64,000 nucleotides of DNA from Eledone cirrhosa (lineage: Eukaryota), in NCBI GenBank assembly GCA_964016885.1, contig OZ024743.1:348688001-348752000 (forward strand). Reading direction: 5' to 3'. Positions 1 to 13,817 of this stretch are shown here, in pieces. The notes below the pieces were generated by a model. It made no database searches. It had not been told where the DNA came from and saw only the letters and a program-made list of their open reading frames with translations. Every line of letters begins with the position of its first letter. Positions within the stretch are counted from its first letter, which is position 1. Made by a program: the position numbers and the translations under genes.

Positions 1-29
1 AGTACTACTGAGAGTTGAATAGGAGTTGG

Positions 30-480
30 CCCATCGCCAATTCTTTATCAGGTTTGGCCATTTATCAATAAAAGCTACTGTTAATTTATTTATTGTGCCC
101 ATCATTAATTACGTAGTGTGGGTAAGTCGACCTTGTACACATCAGAACAACTAACAATTATCCATTAATATAACACTTAGATACCCGTTAGAATTCTGTC
201 AGACACAATTTAAAATTGCGAGCTGATTTAAAGCAAATTCCTAAAATGTTCGGGTGATAGGCAGATATTTCAGAACTATTAGCAAGAATGTCTACCTAAG
301 GCGAAATCTAATCACAAAATGACCCTTCTCGATTAGGTTCTTCATAACAAAGCACAGACTTTTACTAGTACTAACGAAACATTATCCTAATTAAGACCTT
401 CGGCTAATTGCATTCTCGATTTCGACCTATGGCAGTGTTTTAGGAACGATTCCCAAATTGGTAATTAGGATTAATGTCTG
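30..480 (-). mobile_element. Possible highly decayed PLE N-terminal coding remnant
   Basis: Minus-strand translation by eye gives TNLGIVPKTLP*VEIENAI and KPDKELAM, loosely resembling PLE N-terminal motifs (GLNF..PK..P..EI; K.DKG). Many stops. Confidence 0.2.
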
Positions 481-1476
481 TGTGTCTTTTATTTGGAATC
501 ATTTCTAATTAGTTAAGGTTAATGGCTAATATTTCCACTCACCATTACATTTGTTCAATGAGATTTCTAATTTCTCATTTTGATTTTGGCCTATCGTTCA
601 ATATTTGCCCGTCCATTTGTGGTCACATAATATATACAGCTTGCTAACATTCAGTGATCATCAGAGATAAGTTCTTCTATTAGATGAATGGATTCAATCT
701 GTGGACTGCAAATCAATGCTTAATTTAAAAATAATTCTTCGTTTTTGGTTTCGCGAAAGACAGCTTTCACTGAAAGCATTTAATGAATTACATTTGAGAC
801 ACAAGACATTTTAATTTTTAATGTGGGAGGGTTATAGTAGATTATATCAGCATCATTATATTAATAGCATTTCTTTTATTAACGTTAAGGAATGTCAGCT
901 GAGAATAGTAAAGTACAGAACTAGGAAATTATATATCATTTTATTAGCTCTTTACAAAATCCTTATGATCATTATTTATATTTAGCTGTAATACTGCCAC
1001 AAGAAACGTGCCTTGCAATGGCGTTGCAGATCAATAGTATGCGCCAAAATATTTTACTGATGATACCTTAAGTAATCTAGTTAATCGGAGGTATTTGAAC
1101 TTGAATCATTAACGACCGGAAATATTATTACAAATCAAGCACAGATGTTTTTCGCAATTGCTAAAGTTATTAAGTTATATATCATTACCGCTGCTGTTGT
1201 TTAGTAACTGGTCAGCTCTAGTTAAGTAACAACATAAAAAGATAAATGATGCTCTATTTCTAGGATGAGTGTCCCAGTATGGTCAAACTTCGCGTGAAAT
1301 TACGTTACTCAGAATTTCACAAACCCATGTTACCAGGACGCAATTCGATGTAGAATTCAACCGGAAACACTGGCTCTTTAAATTAGGAGTACAGGGAATC
1401 CGACGAGCTTCCAAACAGTTTCCGTCTACCAAATTTCACTCATGACTCGAAGCCGTTGTAAACTATCCATGAAATT

Positions 1477-1650
1477 ATTGTTTCTACGTTAGGCACAAGG
1501 CCAGCAATTACCCAGTGTATTACTGGTACTTTATTTTATCGACCCCGTAAGGATGAAAGGCAAAGTTAACCTCAGCGGGATTTGAACTCAGAATGGCAAG
1601 GGCCGTAACTCTATGCGTCAAAGCATGGCGTCTGACCCTCTACTAATACT
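1477..1650 (-). mobile_element. tRNA-derived SINE (main family)
   Basis: Matches family consensus: B box GAGTTCAAATCC, core TTTGCCTTTCATCCTTACGGGGTCGATAAAATAAAGTACC, tail GGCCTTGTGCC..AGAAACAAT, all on the minus strand. Confidence 0.9.
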
Positions 1651-2704
1651 TATGCAGTGAGAACAGAAACAGAATCTGAATTTCTTAAACAAATCATTTA
1701 GCCACACTGTTTCTGCATGCTTACTTTCTCTGATGAAATTGGCCTATAACTACATACATTTCAGCTTCTACCTTCCCACCTGTGTGTATCTGATAGTTTA
1801 TGCTGTTAAATACGTTTTAAGAAAGGAGTAGGCGATCTTAATGAAAGTCAATTGAGATTTTTAAAACGTCGAGCAGCTTCATGCAGACCCACATGTAATA
1901 TGGGTTAAAAGAGAAACAAAAGTCAGTATTTTACTATATTTAATTTCGTGTCGTATTGATTTCACCACAAACGTATTAAGCTAAGAGCCCTCTGAGAAAA
2001 TTAATGTCCATGTAGTTGGGTAGGTATATTCAACGTAACCACATAAGAATATATATATATATTCAAAAGAATTAAATATACAAAAGTGTCTAAATATTAA
2101 TTGTCAACGCTCCACCAATTTATTTAACTCCACAACACTCTGTTAACACCAATACCCACTATACACATTATATTTTCCTCTTCTTCTCCTCGACATTCCT
2201 CCTTCGATTTTTCTTTGCTTCCTAGAAATCACATCACTAGGTATATAAATTGTTTCTACGAAAAAATACTCTTACACGCACACATACCGTCACATACATT
2301 CCACCACATTCACATGTATATCATAGCTATAAGAACATTAACAAACAGAGGACAAGACAACGAACGGAAACAAAACAAAACGAAAAACAATGTTTCAAGG
2401 AGAAACCTTAAAACATTATTTAGAAAAAAAAAAAAATACGAACGAAGAACACAACACTCCATGCCCATCGGCCGTTGAGATGGACTTCGGCAATTTCGAC
2501 CCATACCAACGGTTCTGCTGATCCACCCGGGATCATAGTGTCTGAGATAATCCAAACGCTGTCCAGTGGAGTATGTGACGAGAGACGAAACGTTAATCTA
2601 TAGCAATTAATGTACAAAATACAGAAGTTTTTGTGATGTCGGAAAAAATGTGATGCCGCAGAGCAGGAGAAACATGAATGAAACACAGAGAAAAGGAAGA
2701 ACAA

Positions 2705-3170
2705 AGTTTGACAATCATATATGAACATTTATCCTGTCCAAATTCCATTCATATACTCTTCGAGAATGTCGTAACCATGTCAAGATTTTTCGTCATCCCA
2801 TTTATGTTCTTCACATTGAGTTTCTGGTCATCCATAAATACGTTATGGGTTAGGTTTGTTTCTCTGTCCTCTCATGAGCGAATTGTGTATCCTTCACGTT
2901 TTTTGAGCAAAAAGCACAATAACTGTAATGACAGAATATATAGTAACACTGAAAGACTGTGTCCTTGAAATATACCGCTGTGCTGTGATATTCGACTGTA
3001 TCAGTGAAAATATAATGCTCCTCTGTTTTTAACTTTTGCATAGTAGCCCAAGAAGAAGATAGGTTCTCTATGGCTCTGATAGTTTATCTTGAAGATATGT
3101 TCTCTTGCGCCGGCTCATGTAAAACCAAACACAGTTTTCGTGTGTCCCTCGTATCCTGAATATAATTTAG
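2705..3170 (-). pseudogene. Decayed RT fragment of an R4/Dong-like non-LTR retrotransposon
   Basis: Minus-strand frame not in the ORF track reads GIFQGHSLSVLLYILSL...THNVFMDDQKL...LDMVTTFSKSI*MEFGQDKC. It is collinear with GIFQGDSLSPLLF...HLLFMDDLKL...MQFGISKC of the element at 48626-49141. Confidence 0.8.
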
Positions 3171-3450
3171 GAATTTTCAATATATTTTGTAAGAAGTAAT
3201 AAACATATATCTAGATTGTGTGAAATTGTTTAAATAATTTTATACCATTTGACGAGCTCAGTCCGATGAAATGGATAGGGAAATATCTACCTAGCCGTCG
3301 ATTTCAGCACGATATGCATCATGGAGATGAAAATAAATCTGAATACAACTACGTATGGCCTTCGATGTATTTAATGCTACAGCTTGTACCATTCAGCTCA
3401 TTCATAACGTTCAGCGCATCATTTTATATACATGACAGTCAGCCGACTAC

Positions 3451-3620
<170 letters not shown>

Positions 3621-3872
3621 CATTATAAAGAAAGAAGAGACATTAGATATAATTAATAAGATATATCATACCCAAATTCCTTAATTAGTCCTCGACTACG
3701 TAGTTTCGTGGCATATTATGCAAAAACAATTTTGTCCTAGTTATTCAGAGAGCAACATGTGTGAGGTTGGCAGCACAAATTCAGGGATATATGTGGATAT
3801 ATTCATGTATATGTATGTGTCCGCATGTATCTGTGTATTTCTTTATATTATATTATATACATATATATATAT

Positions 3873-5464
3873 GGTAAATTTCTTTAAGTCGTTTGGAAGC
3901 CTCGACAATGCAAATGGGTAAATCTCAAGGTACGTGGACGATATCCTCATCCTCACATCTTCACAAGACACAGCGAACAGAATCTATGAGACGTTCAACA
4001 ACACGGACGAGAACATTGATTTCAGTGTTGAACACCCCAACGAAGACGGGTCACTTGCCCTCCTCGACTTCCGAAGTAACATCACGGAACCGGGAAGGAT
4101 CCACTGCAACTTCTACCGAAAGGCAGCCTGCAGGGACCTGTTCGTCCACTACAAATCCGCCCTCCCTAACAGTGCCAAAAGAGGATACAACACGAACGAG
4201 ATCACGCGAATCAAAAACAGATGCAGCATTCCCGCGAGTGGTGTCACTCATACCAAGCGATTCCTCGAGGTGCTGGAGACGAACGGGTACCCTACCTCGA
4301 TCACTGACAGAGTAGGAGACACCAGAAACAAGAGACAGAGAGGCACCCAAGGCAAGTGCTTCCTTAAAATGCCACACCTGGGCGAGAATACCACCAACGC
4401 TATCCGCAAGGCTATACGGAGGGAGGGCCTCGACATCCACCTGGCCCACTCGGGCCCCTCCCTGCGAAGATGCCTCTCCAGGAAACTCGGGAAATCAACT
4501 GACGCGTGCTCCCTCAGAAGCTGCCCGATACGCCATGCGAACTGTTGCCTACGCACATACGTCGTGTATAAGATAGAATTCAACAAGTGCAACCAATACT
4601 ATATAGGTAGCACAATCCGACCTTTGCACATCCGGATCAAGGAACACACTAAAACCAGGGCCTCGTCTTTCCGGAAATACATAGACAAATGCGGAAACAA
4701 AGACGGAAGGCCCATTGTCACAATTCTAGCGACTGAAAGAAACGTCGGCACGTTACGTATCATGGAAGCACTTTTTATCAAACGCCTAGAGCCGCAAATA
4801 AACAATCGATCGGAGAGAAGCGAAATGAGGTGGCTGGTTTAAGTTAACAAATGTTGCAGCAACACACGCACACACACACACACAAGCGAGACAACAAAAC
4901 ACGCACACACACACAACCACACAGTAGCATTCCACCATACGAACATACTACACTGCCAATACAGAGGAACAAGGCAACAACACACGCACACACACACAGT
5001 AACATTTAACAAATAGGCAGAGAATGGACTAACAGTTAGCGCCACCCCACTCCCACAATTGAAAGAACTACTTCTGACGCTGACCTCTGGCCGACCGAGC
5101 CCATTTCACGCGCACGCGCACTCTGCTGAATACCTCAGATATTCAAAACAACGAAGAGCGGAGGACGCGTTTCGCACCTTTCCGACAGACAACCTTTCCC
5201 CCACCCCGAAAAAAAACCCCAGTTGATGTATTTGAATCCGAAATATATAGGGACAATTAAATCTCTCCCAAGGTAACTCTCTCTCGTGTTGTTATTTCAA
5301 TTTTATCCTTTATGCTCTTTTTTTCATTCCTCTACACGTCTTATACGCGCCACGCATCTCAACGTACACCCACTTACATCTCTCTCTCCACCACCGGATC
5401 TTGTTATCCGGAGATTTATCCATTTGCATTGTCGAGGCTTCCAAATGACTTAAAGAAATTTACC
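3873..5464 (+). mobile_element. 5'-truncated Penelope-like element with inverted terminal duplication
   Basis: RT/GIY-YIG ORF inside. 3873-3926 is the reverse complement of 5411-5464 (54 bp, 2 mismatches). Abuts (TA)n on the left. Confidence 0.9.
3934..4842 (+). CDS. PLE polyprotein C-terminal part: RT palm/thumb plus GIY-YIG endonuclease (5'-truncated)
   Basis: YVDD codons at 3931-3942, then LALLDF, FYRK..DLFVHYKSA.P, and VVYKIE..KC.QYYIGSTIRPLHIRIKEH...RIMEALFIK..EPQIN (GIY-YIG). Open for 302 codons. Confidence 0.9.
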   Translation: MDDILILTSSQDTANRIYETFNNTDENIDFSVEHPNEDGSLALLDFRSNITEPGRIHCNFYRKAACRDLFVHYKSALPNSAKRGYNTNEITRIKNRCSIPASGVTHTKRFLEVLETNGYPTSITDRVGDTRNKRQRGTQGKCFLKMPHLGENTTNAIRKAIRREGLDIHLAHSGPSLRRCLSRKLGKSTDACSLRSCPIRHANCCLRTYVVYKIEFNKCNQYYIGSTIRPLHIRIKEHTKTRASSFRKYIDKCGNKDGRPIVTILATERNVGTLRIMEALFIKRLEPQINNRSERSEMRWLV

Positions 5465-6193
5465 TTATCATTCCACAATGCTTCAAGTAAACTTCAATAC
5501 TCTCTTATATATTTATATATATATATATATATAAATACATATATAAATATATATATATTTAATATACAATAATATACAATTCACTGCAATATATATATAT
5601 GGCTCTGTGTGTGTGAACGCGTGTTTGTGTGTATATAAATAGGTAGATAGCTACGTAGATTGCATGGTTCATAAATATTTATGTATATTGATATGAATTG
5701 ATCGATATTGTTAACAAAAGTTAGAGATATATCTTTATAAATGGATAAATTGATACATAAAGAGAAAATCGAATATCAATGTAGTTACACTCAGATATAA
5801 ATGGATACAAATATCTACACACTGAACGATATGCACAGAGAGTGATATAAAATGTATGATATTTAGATTGATTTATAGTGTCGCAGTTATAACAATATTG
5901 ATGTGTATCATTTTAACTAAATTTTCATAAGCTATTATGCACGATAATATTCGTCTTTTCAACTCAACTTCAGAAAATCATGATGTGAATATTTTGCCAT
6001 AATGTATCTGCAATTCATAAGGCTAGAAGTTATGTTTTCTGTTCATTAAATCCGACTTTATTCGATATGGCATTCATATTCTGTTTTATGTACAGAATAC
6101 ATTTCTTTTCCTTTTTTATCACGTTATAAAGTTTATTTACATATATGTATTTCTTTTATATACATACATACATACATACATACATACATACAT

Positions 6194-6332
<139 letters not shown>

Positions 6333-6800
6333 ATAAATAGAAATATATGTACAAAGAGAGACAGAGAGTGAGAAAGAGAGAGAGTTCCATAACAAATTGG
6401 CAAACAATAGTCGAAGACACGTGTTTCACTGGAGATATTTTCAACTCCGGTATGGTTATGGTGAGAACGGTATAACGGGCGAAGGCTTTAAGAACATCAC
6501 CTTTGTCCGTTCGTTCCCTTGTCGTTTTAATTTGGATTGCCTAGGGAACGTATCCTTATCATGTAAGAATTTGTCCGATGAGATCATGGCACTGGTTAGA
6601 CGGAATTGCGTGGCCACTATTGTCATTGAAATACGTATCACAGACTTATCAAAAAAGAGCTTTAACGTCTGAAACTACTTCGAATTTTCTTATTCTCTCT
6701 CTCTCTCATATATATGTTTATTTCCACGTCCCCGAAGACGTGTATGTGTGTATGTTTATATGTACATATGCATTATGTATATAGGTATTCATATATGTCT

Positions 6801-6866
<66 letters not shown>

Positions 6867-6928
6867 ATAGTGAATGTATGAATTAAGAGATTGTTATTAA
6901 TAATTTCATGTTTGAAATGATTTTTCAA

Positions 6929-7115
6929 ATAATTGTTTCTACTTTTGGCACAAGGCCAGCCATTAACCAGTACATTACTGGTACTTTATTTTATCGACCC
7001 CGTAAGGATGAAAGGCAAAGTTAACCTCGGCGGGATTTGAACTCAGATTGGAAAGGGCGGTAACTCTATGCGTCAAACCATGGCGTTCGACCCTCTACCG
7101 ATACTGCTAATCCAC
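6929..7115 (-). mobile_element. tRNA-derived SINE, full length
   Basis: Consensus match from head GTGGATTAGCAGTATCGGTAGAGGG to tail AGAAACAATTAT. Confidence 0.92.
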
Positions 7116-7431
7116 ATCATATTCGCCCTCAAATTGGAAGGTACTAATGATATTTTTTTACTTGCCTATGTCATAAATGTTTTAATTACCTTTTCCACTT
7201 ACTGATTTAGAGGAAGCGAATGTCTATTGATACCGTGGTCTGTCGTTGCATATGAAAACATATGAATGCGATTTGTTGTGTAATTTTCCACACACAGGAG
7301 ATACTAATAGAACTGGAATTGTAATATATCTTCCAGGGAAGCAATATATAGCTAGCAATTTGAGAGGAACAAATGACATTGTAGAAACCGGAGAAGTTAC
7401 AGAGGTGTACTAATGTTTATCTCTTTATTAA

Positions 7432-7640
7432 GGGCAGTGGCTTGCAAGAATCGGTGGTACGTCGGACAATATGACATGTGCAAATTATTCAATGTCTCTG
7501 TGTTTACAGTTCAAAATCCACCCTATTTAACCTTTCGTCCTTCCGGAGTCGGTAACATACAATTCCAGTAAAAAATTCTCTCGATTTATTCGACTTTACC
7601 CATCGTCCAAATTGCTGGCCTTGTGCAGAAATCAGAAACC
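7432..7640 (+). mobile_element. Older, diverged SINE of the same superfamily
   Basis: Degenerate head, core CCTTTCGTCCTTCCGGAGTCGGTAA and tail AATTGCTGGCCTTGTGCAGAAATCAGAAAC. Confidence 0.7.
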
Positions 7641-7685
7641 TTTATTAGCTCTTTACACTCTTCATTATACATTGGCAAAAGAGCG

Positions 7686-8192
7686 ATGGATTGGCAGTAT
7701 CGATAGAGGGTCGGACGCCATGCTTTCTTGCATAGTTACTCCCTTTATGATCTGAGTTCAAATCCCGCCTAGGTTAACTTTGCCTTTCATCCTTACGAGG
7801 TCGATAAAATAAAGTACCAGTAATACACTGGATTAATTGCTGGCCTTGTGCCAAAAGTAGAAACAATTATTAATTCGGTCTGAGTTCAAATCTGCCAAGG
7901 TTAACTTTGCCTTTCATCCTTACGTGGTCGATAAAATAAAGTACCAGTAATGCGCTGGATTAATTGCTGGCTTTATGCAAAAAGTAGAAACAATTATCAA
8001 TTTGGAGGTGGATTGGTAGTATCGGTAGAGGGTCGGAAACCATGCTTTGCAGCTATGCGTTACAGCCCTTTATGCTCTGAGTTCAAATCTTGCCGAGGTT
8101 ATCTTTGCCTTTCATCCTTACGGGGTCGATAAAATAAAGTAGCAGTAATGCACTGGTGTATTGCTGGCCTTGTGCCAAAGGTAGAAACAATT
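7686..8192 (+). mobile_element. Three head-to-tail SINE copies (about 7686-7872, 7876-7997 5'-truncated, 8008-8192)
   Basis: Core and tail repeated three times, each ending AGAAACAATTA. Confidence 0.92.
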
Positions 8193-8505
8193 AATTGGGA
8201 ATAGCATAAATCACTAAAGGAAAAATCTTATTTTTATATCATCTGCGTTATCGTACTTTCGGTATCTGTCTATCTTCTATATCAGTTCTTCATAACCAGC
8301 TTTCTGGTCGTCGTCTGTATGAATATTGCTGCCATTGTCAATATCTCTTTCCGCCATATAATCATAATCGTAATCAACATATCTACCAACATCCTCACCT
8401 ACACACCACCAGCATTCTCATTATCATGATGATCATCATCTTTTTCGTGATCATCATTATCATCGTCATCGTCGTGTCTTGATCATGATCATCATCATTA
8501 TTAAT

Positions 8506-8615
8506 GCCGCCGGGGTTAACTTTGCCTTTCATCCTTACGGGGTCGATAAAATAAAGTACCAGTAACACACTGGGTAATTTTGCTGGCCTTGTGCCAAAAG
8601 TAGAAACAATTATTA
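8506..8615 (+). mobile_element. 5'-truncated SINE
   Basis: Core plus tail ending AGAAACAATTATTAT. Confidence 0.9.
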
Positions 8616-8654
8616 TCACCGCCACAAACGTAATAACTACTACTACGACAACTG

Positions 8655-8685
<31 letters not shown>

Positions 8686-8727
8686 CACTACTACTACTAC
8701 TGCAACATAAGCAACAACAACAACAAT

Positions 8728-8913
8728 AATTACTGTTTCTACATTTGGTGCAAGGCCAGCCATACCCAGTGTATTACTGGTACTTTATTCTATCGACCCC
8801 GTAAGGGTGAAAGGCAAAGTTAACCTCGGCGGGTTTTGAACTCAGAATGTAAAGGGGCATAACTTTGTGCTGTAAAACATGGTGTCTGATGCTCTATCGA
8901 CATTGCCAGCACC
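8728..8913 (-). mobile_element. tRNA-derived SINE
   Basis: Reverse-complement consensus match; faces the 8506-8615 copy across a (CTA)n tract. Confidence 0.9.
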
Positions 8914-9109
8914 ACACTCATCATCATCATTATCTTCGTCATTGCCTTCAATGTCATTTTAGTTGTAACTAACCCACTCCCCCACCACCACCACTCTTCT
9001 ATTCATCATTTCAATATCAGTTCTTTGATCAATATTCATACAGAGAGAAAAAGCATCAACATTTGATAAGTAGATATTCCTATTAGACACACACATACCA
9101 ACCCATCAC

Positions 9110-10745
9110 CCTCCCCACCACCACCTACACTACCACTAACAGCATAAACACCACCACTACCAACACTTACATTACCACTAACAACATAAACACCATCACC
9201 ACCCCCTCCTACACTACCACTAACAACATAAACACCGGCACCACCACCTTCACTACCACTAACAATATAAACACCGGTACCACCACCTGAACTACCACTA
9301 ACAACCTAAACACCATCAGCACCACCTGAACTACCACTAACAACATAAACACCATCAGCACCACCACCTACACTACCAGTAACAACAAAAACACCGGTAC
9401 CACCACCTACACTACCAGTAACAACATAAACACCGGCAGCACCACCTACACTACCACTAACAACATAAACACCGGCACCACCACCTTCACTACCACTAAC
9501 AACATAAACACCGGCACTACCACCACCACCAACAACAACACTACCACACACCACCACAAACACAACAACTTCCAGCATAATCACCACCACCGCCATCACG
9601 AAAACCACCATCACTAACAACACAAACACTGGCACCACTAACATCACCACCACCTACACAAGGACTACCACACACCACCACCACCACCTATACTACCACT
9701 ACCGGACTGGTGGAGGTGCCACGTCGGCACCTCCACCACCACAAACTATCACTAACACACTTCCCCCCTAACACAACGACTTCCAACATCACCACCACCA
9801 CAAACTACCACTACGACACACCACCACCAACACCCCACCACTTCCAGCCAACAGCCACCATCACCACCACCTATACTTCCACTACTACACACCCCCACCA
9901 ACACAACCACTTTCAACATCACCACCACCACCACCACGTACACTTCCACTACTACACACCACCACCACCACTACTATACACCACCAACAACACAACCGCT
10001 TCCAGCATCACCACCTCCACCACCACCACCTACACTTCCACTACCACACACCACCACCAACACCACCACTTCCAGCATCACCACCTCCACCACCACCACC
10101 TACACTTCCACTACCACACACCACCACCAACACCACCACTTCCAGCATCACCACCTCCACCAGCACCACCTACACTTCCACTACCACACACCACCACCAA
10201 CACCACCACTTCCAGCATCACCACCTCCACCAGCACCACCTACACTTCTACTACCACACACCACCACCAACACCACCACTTCCAGCATCACCACCTCCAC
10301 CAGCACCACCTACACTTCCACTACCACACACCACCACCAACACCACCACTTCCAGCCAACAACCACCACCACCACTACCACTACCACACACCACCACCAC
10401 CACAACCACTTCCAGCATCACCACTCCACCACCACAACAAACTATCACTACGACACACCAACACCCCACCATTTCCAGCCAACCACCACCACCACCTACA
10501 CTTCCACTACCACACACCACCACCACTACCACCTACACTTCCACTACTACACACCACCACCAACACAACCACTTCCAACATCACCACCACCACAAACAAC
10601 CACTACGACACACCACCACCAACACAACCACTTCCAGCCAACAACAACCACCACCACCACCACAAACTACCACTACCTCACACCACCACAAAGACAACCA
10701 CTTCCAGCATCATCACCCCACGCCCACAAACTACAACCACCACAC
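9110..10745. repeat. C/A-rich compound minisatellite (~39-42-bp and 70-bp units)
   Basis: TACACTTC(C/T)A recurs at 10031, 10101, 10171, 10241 and 10311 (70-bp period). ~39-bp units at 9300-9520. Confidence 0.9.
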
Positions 10746-11059
10746 CTTACCTCATATACCCTAGCATCCCTCTTTCTTTGTGTCTAAATCTCTCTATCCC
10801 CCCCCCCCTTATATCTCGCCCTATCCATCTATCTATTTATCTATCTATCTTTCTCTTTATTTCCTTCTATCGCTATTTCGCGTTGATTCAATCTTACATT
10901 CTTTCTCGCCATCATTCTCTCCCCCCCCCCCCTCAGTCTATCTGTCTCAATAATCTCCTTCTCTATTGCTCATTCATAGACTATTTCTCGTCTTCATCTC
11001 GTCTCCCCCCTTTTGTCTCCCCTCCCACTCCTCTCTCTCACTCTCTCCTTCTCTCTCCC

Positions 11060-11133
<74 letters not shown>

Positions 11134-11692
11134 ACCTCCTCTATTATCACCCTCATAATCATCACAACTATACATTGAATTTCTCCGACAGATGACCGCT
11201 AAAACCTCTCTTCGTATTTATAATTCTATAGATATTTGTGTGTTTACCTATGTGTGGAGCAAGATAGGAAGTGTATACATTTATACTTATGTACCATTGT
11301 ATATGCATTATATGGTATATATAAATATATACATGAGTGTGCGTGCGTGTGTGTGAGTGAGTGTGTGTGTGTGTGACTACAAGCTCAAACGGCAGATTGA
11401 TGATTGCCTATAATGTTAAATGTACACGGAAAATGCATTAAGTCTGCTCGTTCATTGCGACTTCTCGAATGCCGTGTCCTGTTAAGTTGCTGGCTTGTCA
11501 AATGTAAATTGCATAGCTGTAAAGAACAACTACCGCATAATACTCAATGACGGAGAGAGCTGACGCGAAGGATGAAAAAATATCTATCGGATTCTCCGTC
11601 ATATCGTCTCTTTTTTATACTCTCACCCACTCTCTCTCACACTCACACGCACATATACACACACACACTCACACAGGCATAATTATATATAT

Positions 11693-11781
<89 letters not shown>

Positions 11782-11884
11782 TATGGGTATGAATGTACAT
11801 GTGTGTGCATATGTGTTTATATATATATATATATACCCATACACATATATGTATATATATATATATACACAAACCCATGCACAC

Positions 11885-11971
<87 letters not shown>

Positions 11972-13025
11972 TGAGTGTGTGTGTATATGGGTTTGTGCGC
12001 ATGCATGTATTTTGTGTAATTTTCTATTCCTCATCGTCTATTAATGTATAGGAGTACCGATCAGCTTCTCTCTACTCGCATGCTATTACTCTATTAAGCC
12101 CTCGGCATGTGCTAACGCATATCCACTTGTTTCTACAATTTATTTACCACATACATGCACACATATGCAAATGCATACAAACACACATACATTTAGGAAC
12201 AGCTGCGCCCATGACCCTTCGGCCTTCCAGGGTCTCTTCGCAAAGATCGATTGGAAGAAAAGAGGAATTAATTTGAATGCAAATGTGCAAATTTAGACAT
12301 TTTTCTATTTGTTTCTTTTATTCAGTATATATAAAAATAAAACGTTATCTTATATTTCGGCTACCCTCTCCCTTTTCTCTCTTTCTCTCTCAGTTATAAA
12401 TATATATCAAAACGAAGTCATTAGAAGAACCGGTGTATCTTCGACAGATTTCAAACTCACTCAATGCTTTAATTAAGCAATCATTATTAAGATACCAATC
12501 AAAAAAGAAGGCTGAGTGCACATTAATACGTTAAATGATGAGAGATACGATTTCGTGTAGGTAGAGGATTTGATTCAGCTGTTTCTGGACTAATGCATTA
12601 GTTTCTGCTACGCCATCTGCCGGCAACAGTCTATGTTGGATTGGCATGCACAGAAATTAGGTAATGCTATTAAACATTACGGAATCATCGAAGAGTAGCT
12701 TCATAGGCTTGAAATCAGCCTCATCGGAATAGGTCGAATATCAGCCCAATGCATTTGATATGGAATAGCCATTACAGTAGTCAGCTCTATCTATAGTGCT
12801 ATGTGACATTGAAGGAGACCTAAACTAGTACTCCCTACTTTAGAGGAACACACTTGCATGCTTTTAGGAATTGAAAATTTAAAGACTCGTCCATTAATCA
12901 ATCAACCAGACATTCTATATAGAAAGCAAAAGCAAAATTGCAAAGAATTAATGAAAACCGAACTTTAATAAAGAGAGTAAAAATTTCAACTTCTAATTTG
13001 TATACCGGTTATCCCTGAGAGTTAA

Positions 13026-13105
13026 AATAATAATTATTTCTACTTTTGGCACAAGGCCAGCAATTACCCAGTGCATTACTGGTACTTTACTTTATCGACC
13101 CCGTA
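13026..13105 (-). mobile_element. 3' fragment of main SINE
   Basis: Tail and half core, (AAT)n-flanked. Confidence 0.85.
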
Positions 13106-13401
13106 ATAATACGGATATTAAAACGAATTCATCGAAGAACCTATACGCACACACACACGCACACACGAACACACACACACACACACACACGCAAACATTG
13201 TTTTACCTGCTGATCATGGGTTAGTGGCAAATCTTCTCTTATTACGAATATAAAGTCGTTACGAATATTAACAAGTCATTTGTCCATTTGTTACTGGGCA
13301 CTATAGTTGTGTCGGTCTTAAAGCATTGAAATAACGCTTTCCTAGCGGTCGACTCATGAGATGTGACTGGCACCAACATCTTTGTATTCATATATATATT
13401 C

Positions 13402-13592
13402 ATAGCAAAGATAGTATGGTAAGAAACCAGGTGGACCATAACGCACTAGAGTACTCGATACTTAGGGTAGTAGAGTGGTTAATAGGAAAAGAGCCAGGTC
13501 CCCGATAGTTGAGCTCCGGTCTTTTCGACAGCTAGATCTAGCTGCCCAAACGTCTGGAGCTCAGCCGTCGGGGTCCTACCACTTTTCCTAAA
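13402..13592. repeat. ~190-bp dispersed element ending in a ~108-bp hairpin (copy 1)
   Basis: Homologous to 41392-41583. Hairpin TAGGAAAAG...CTTTTCCTA at 13483-13590. Confidence 0.8.
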
Positions 13593-13595
13593 CAC

Positions 13596-13649
<54 letters not shown>

Positions 13650-13667
13650 CTGCGCCTGTGTGTGTGA

Positions 13668-13817
<150 letters not shown>

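Noticed and set aside
3691-3722. GAAA-CTACGTAG-TC half motif (similar at 6410-6452 and 20058-20080)
   Set aside because: Only the 3' half of a hammerhead; CUGANGA is absent, so not called as a ribozyme.
7686-8192. CRISPR-like repeat array
   Set aside because: Eukaryotic tandem SINE copies; no repeat-spacer structure or cas genes.
9710-11158. 482-aa His/Thr/Pro-rich ORF
   Set aside because: The stop-poor minisatellite has a 70-bp period that cycles through frames, and the ORF runs into (CT)n.
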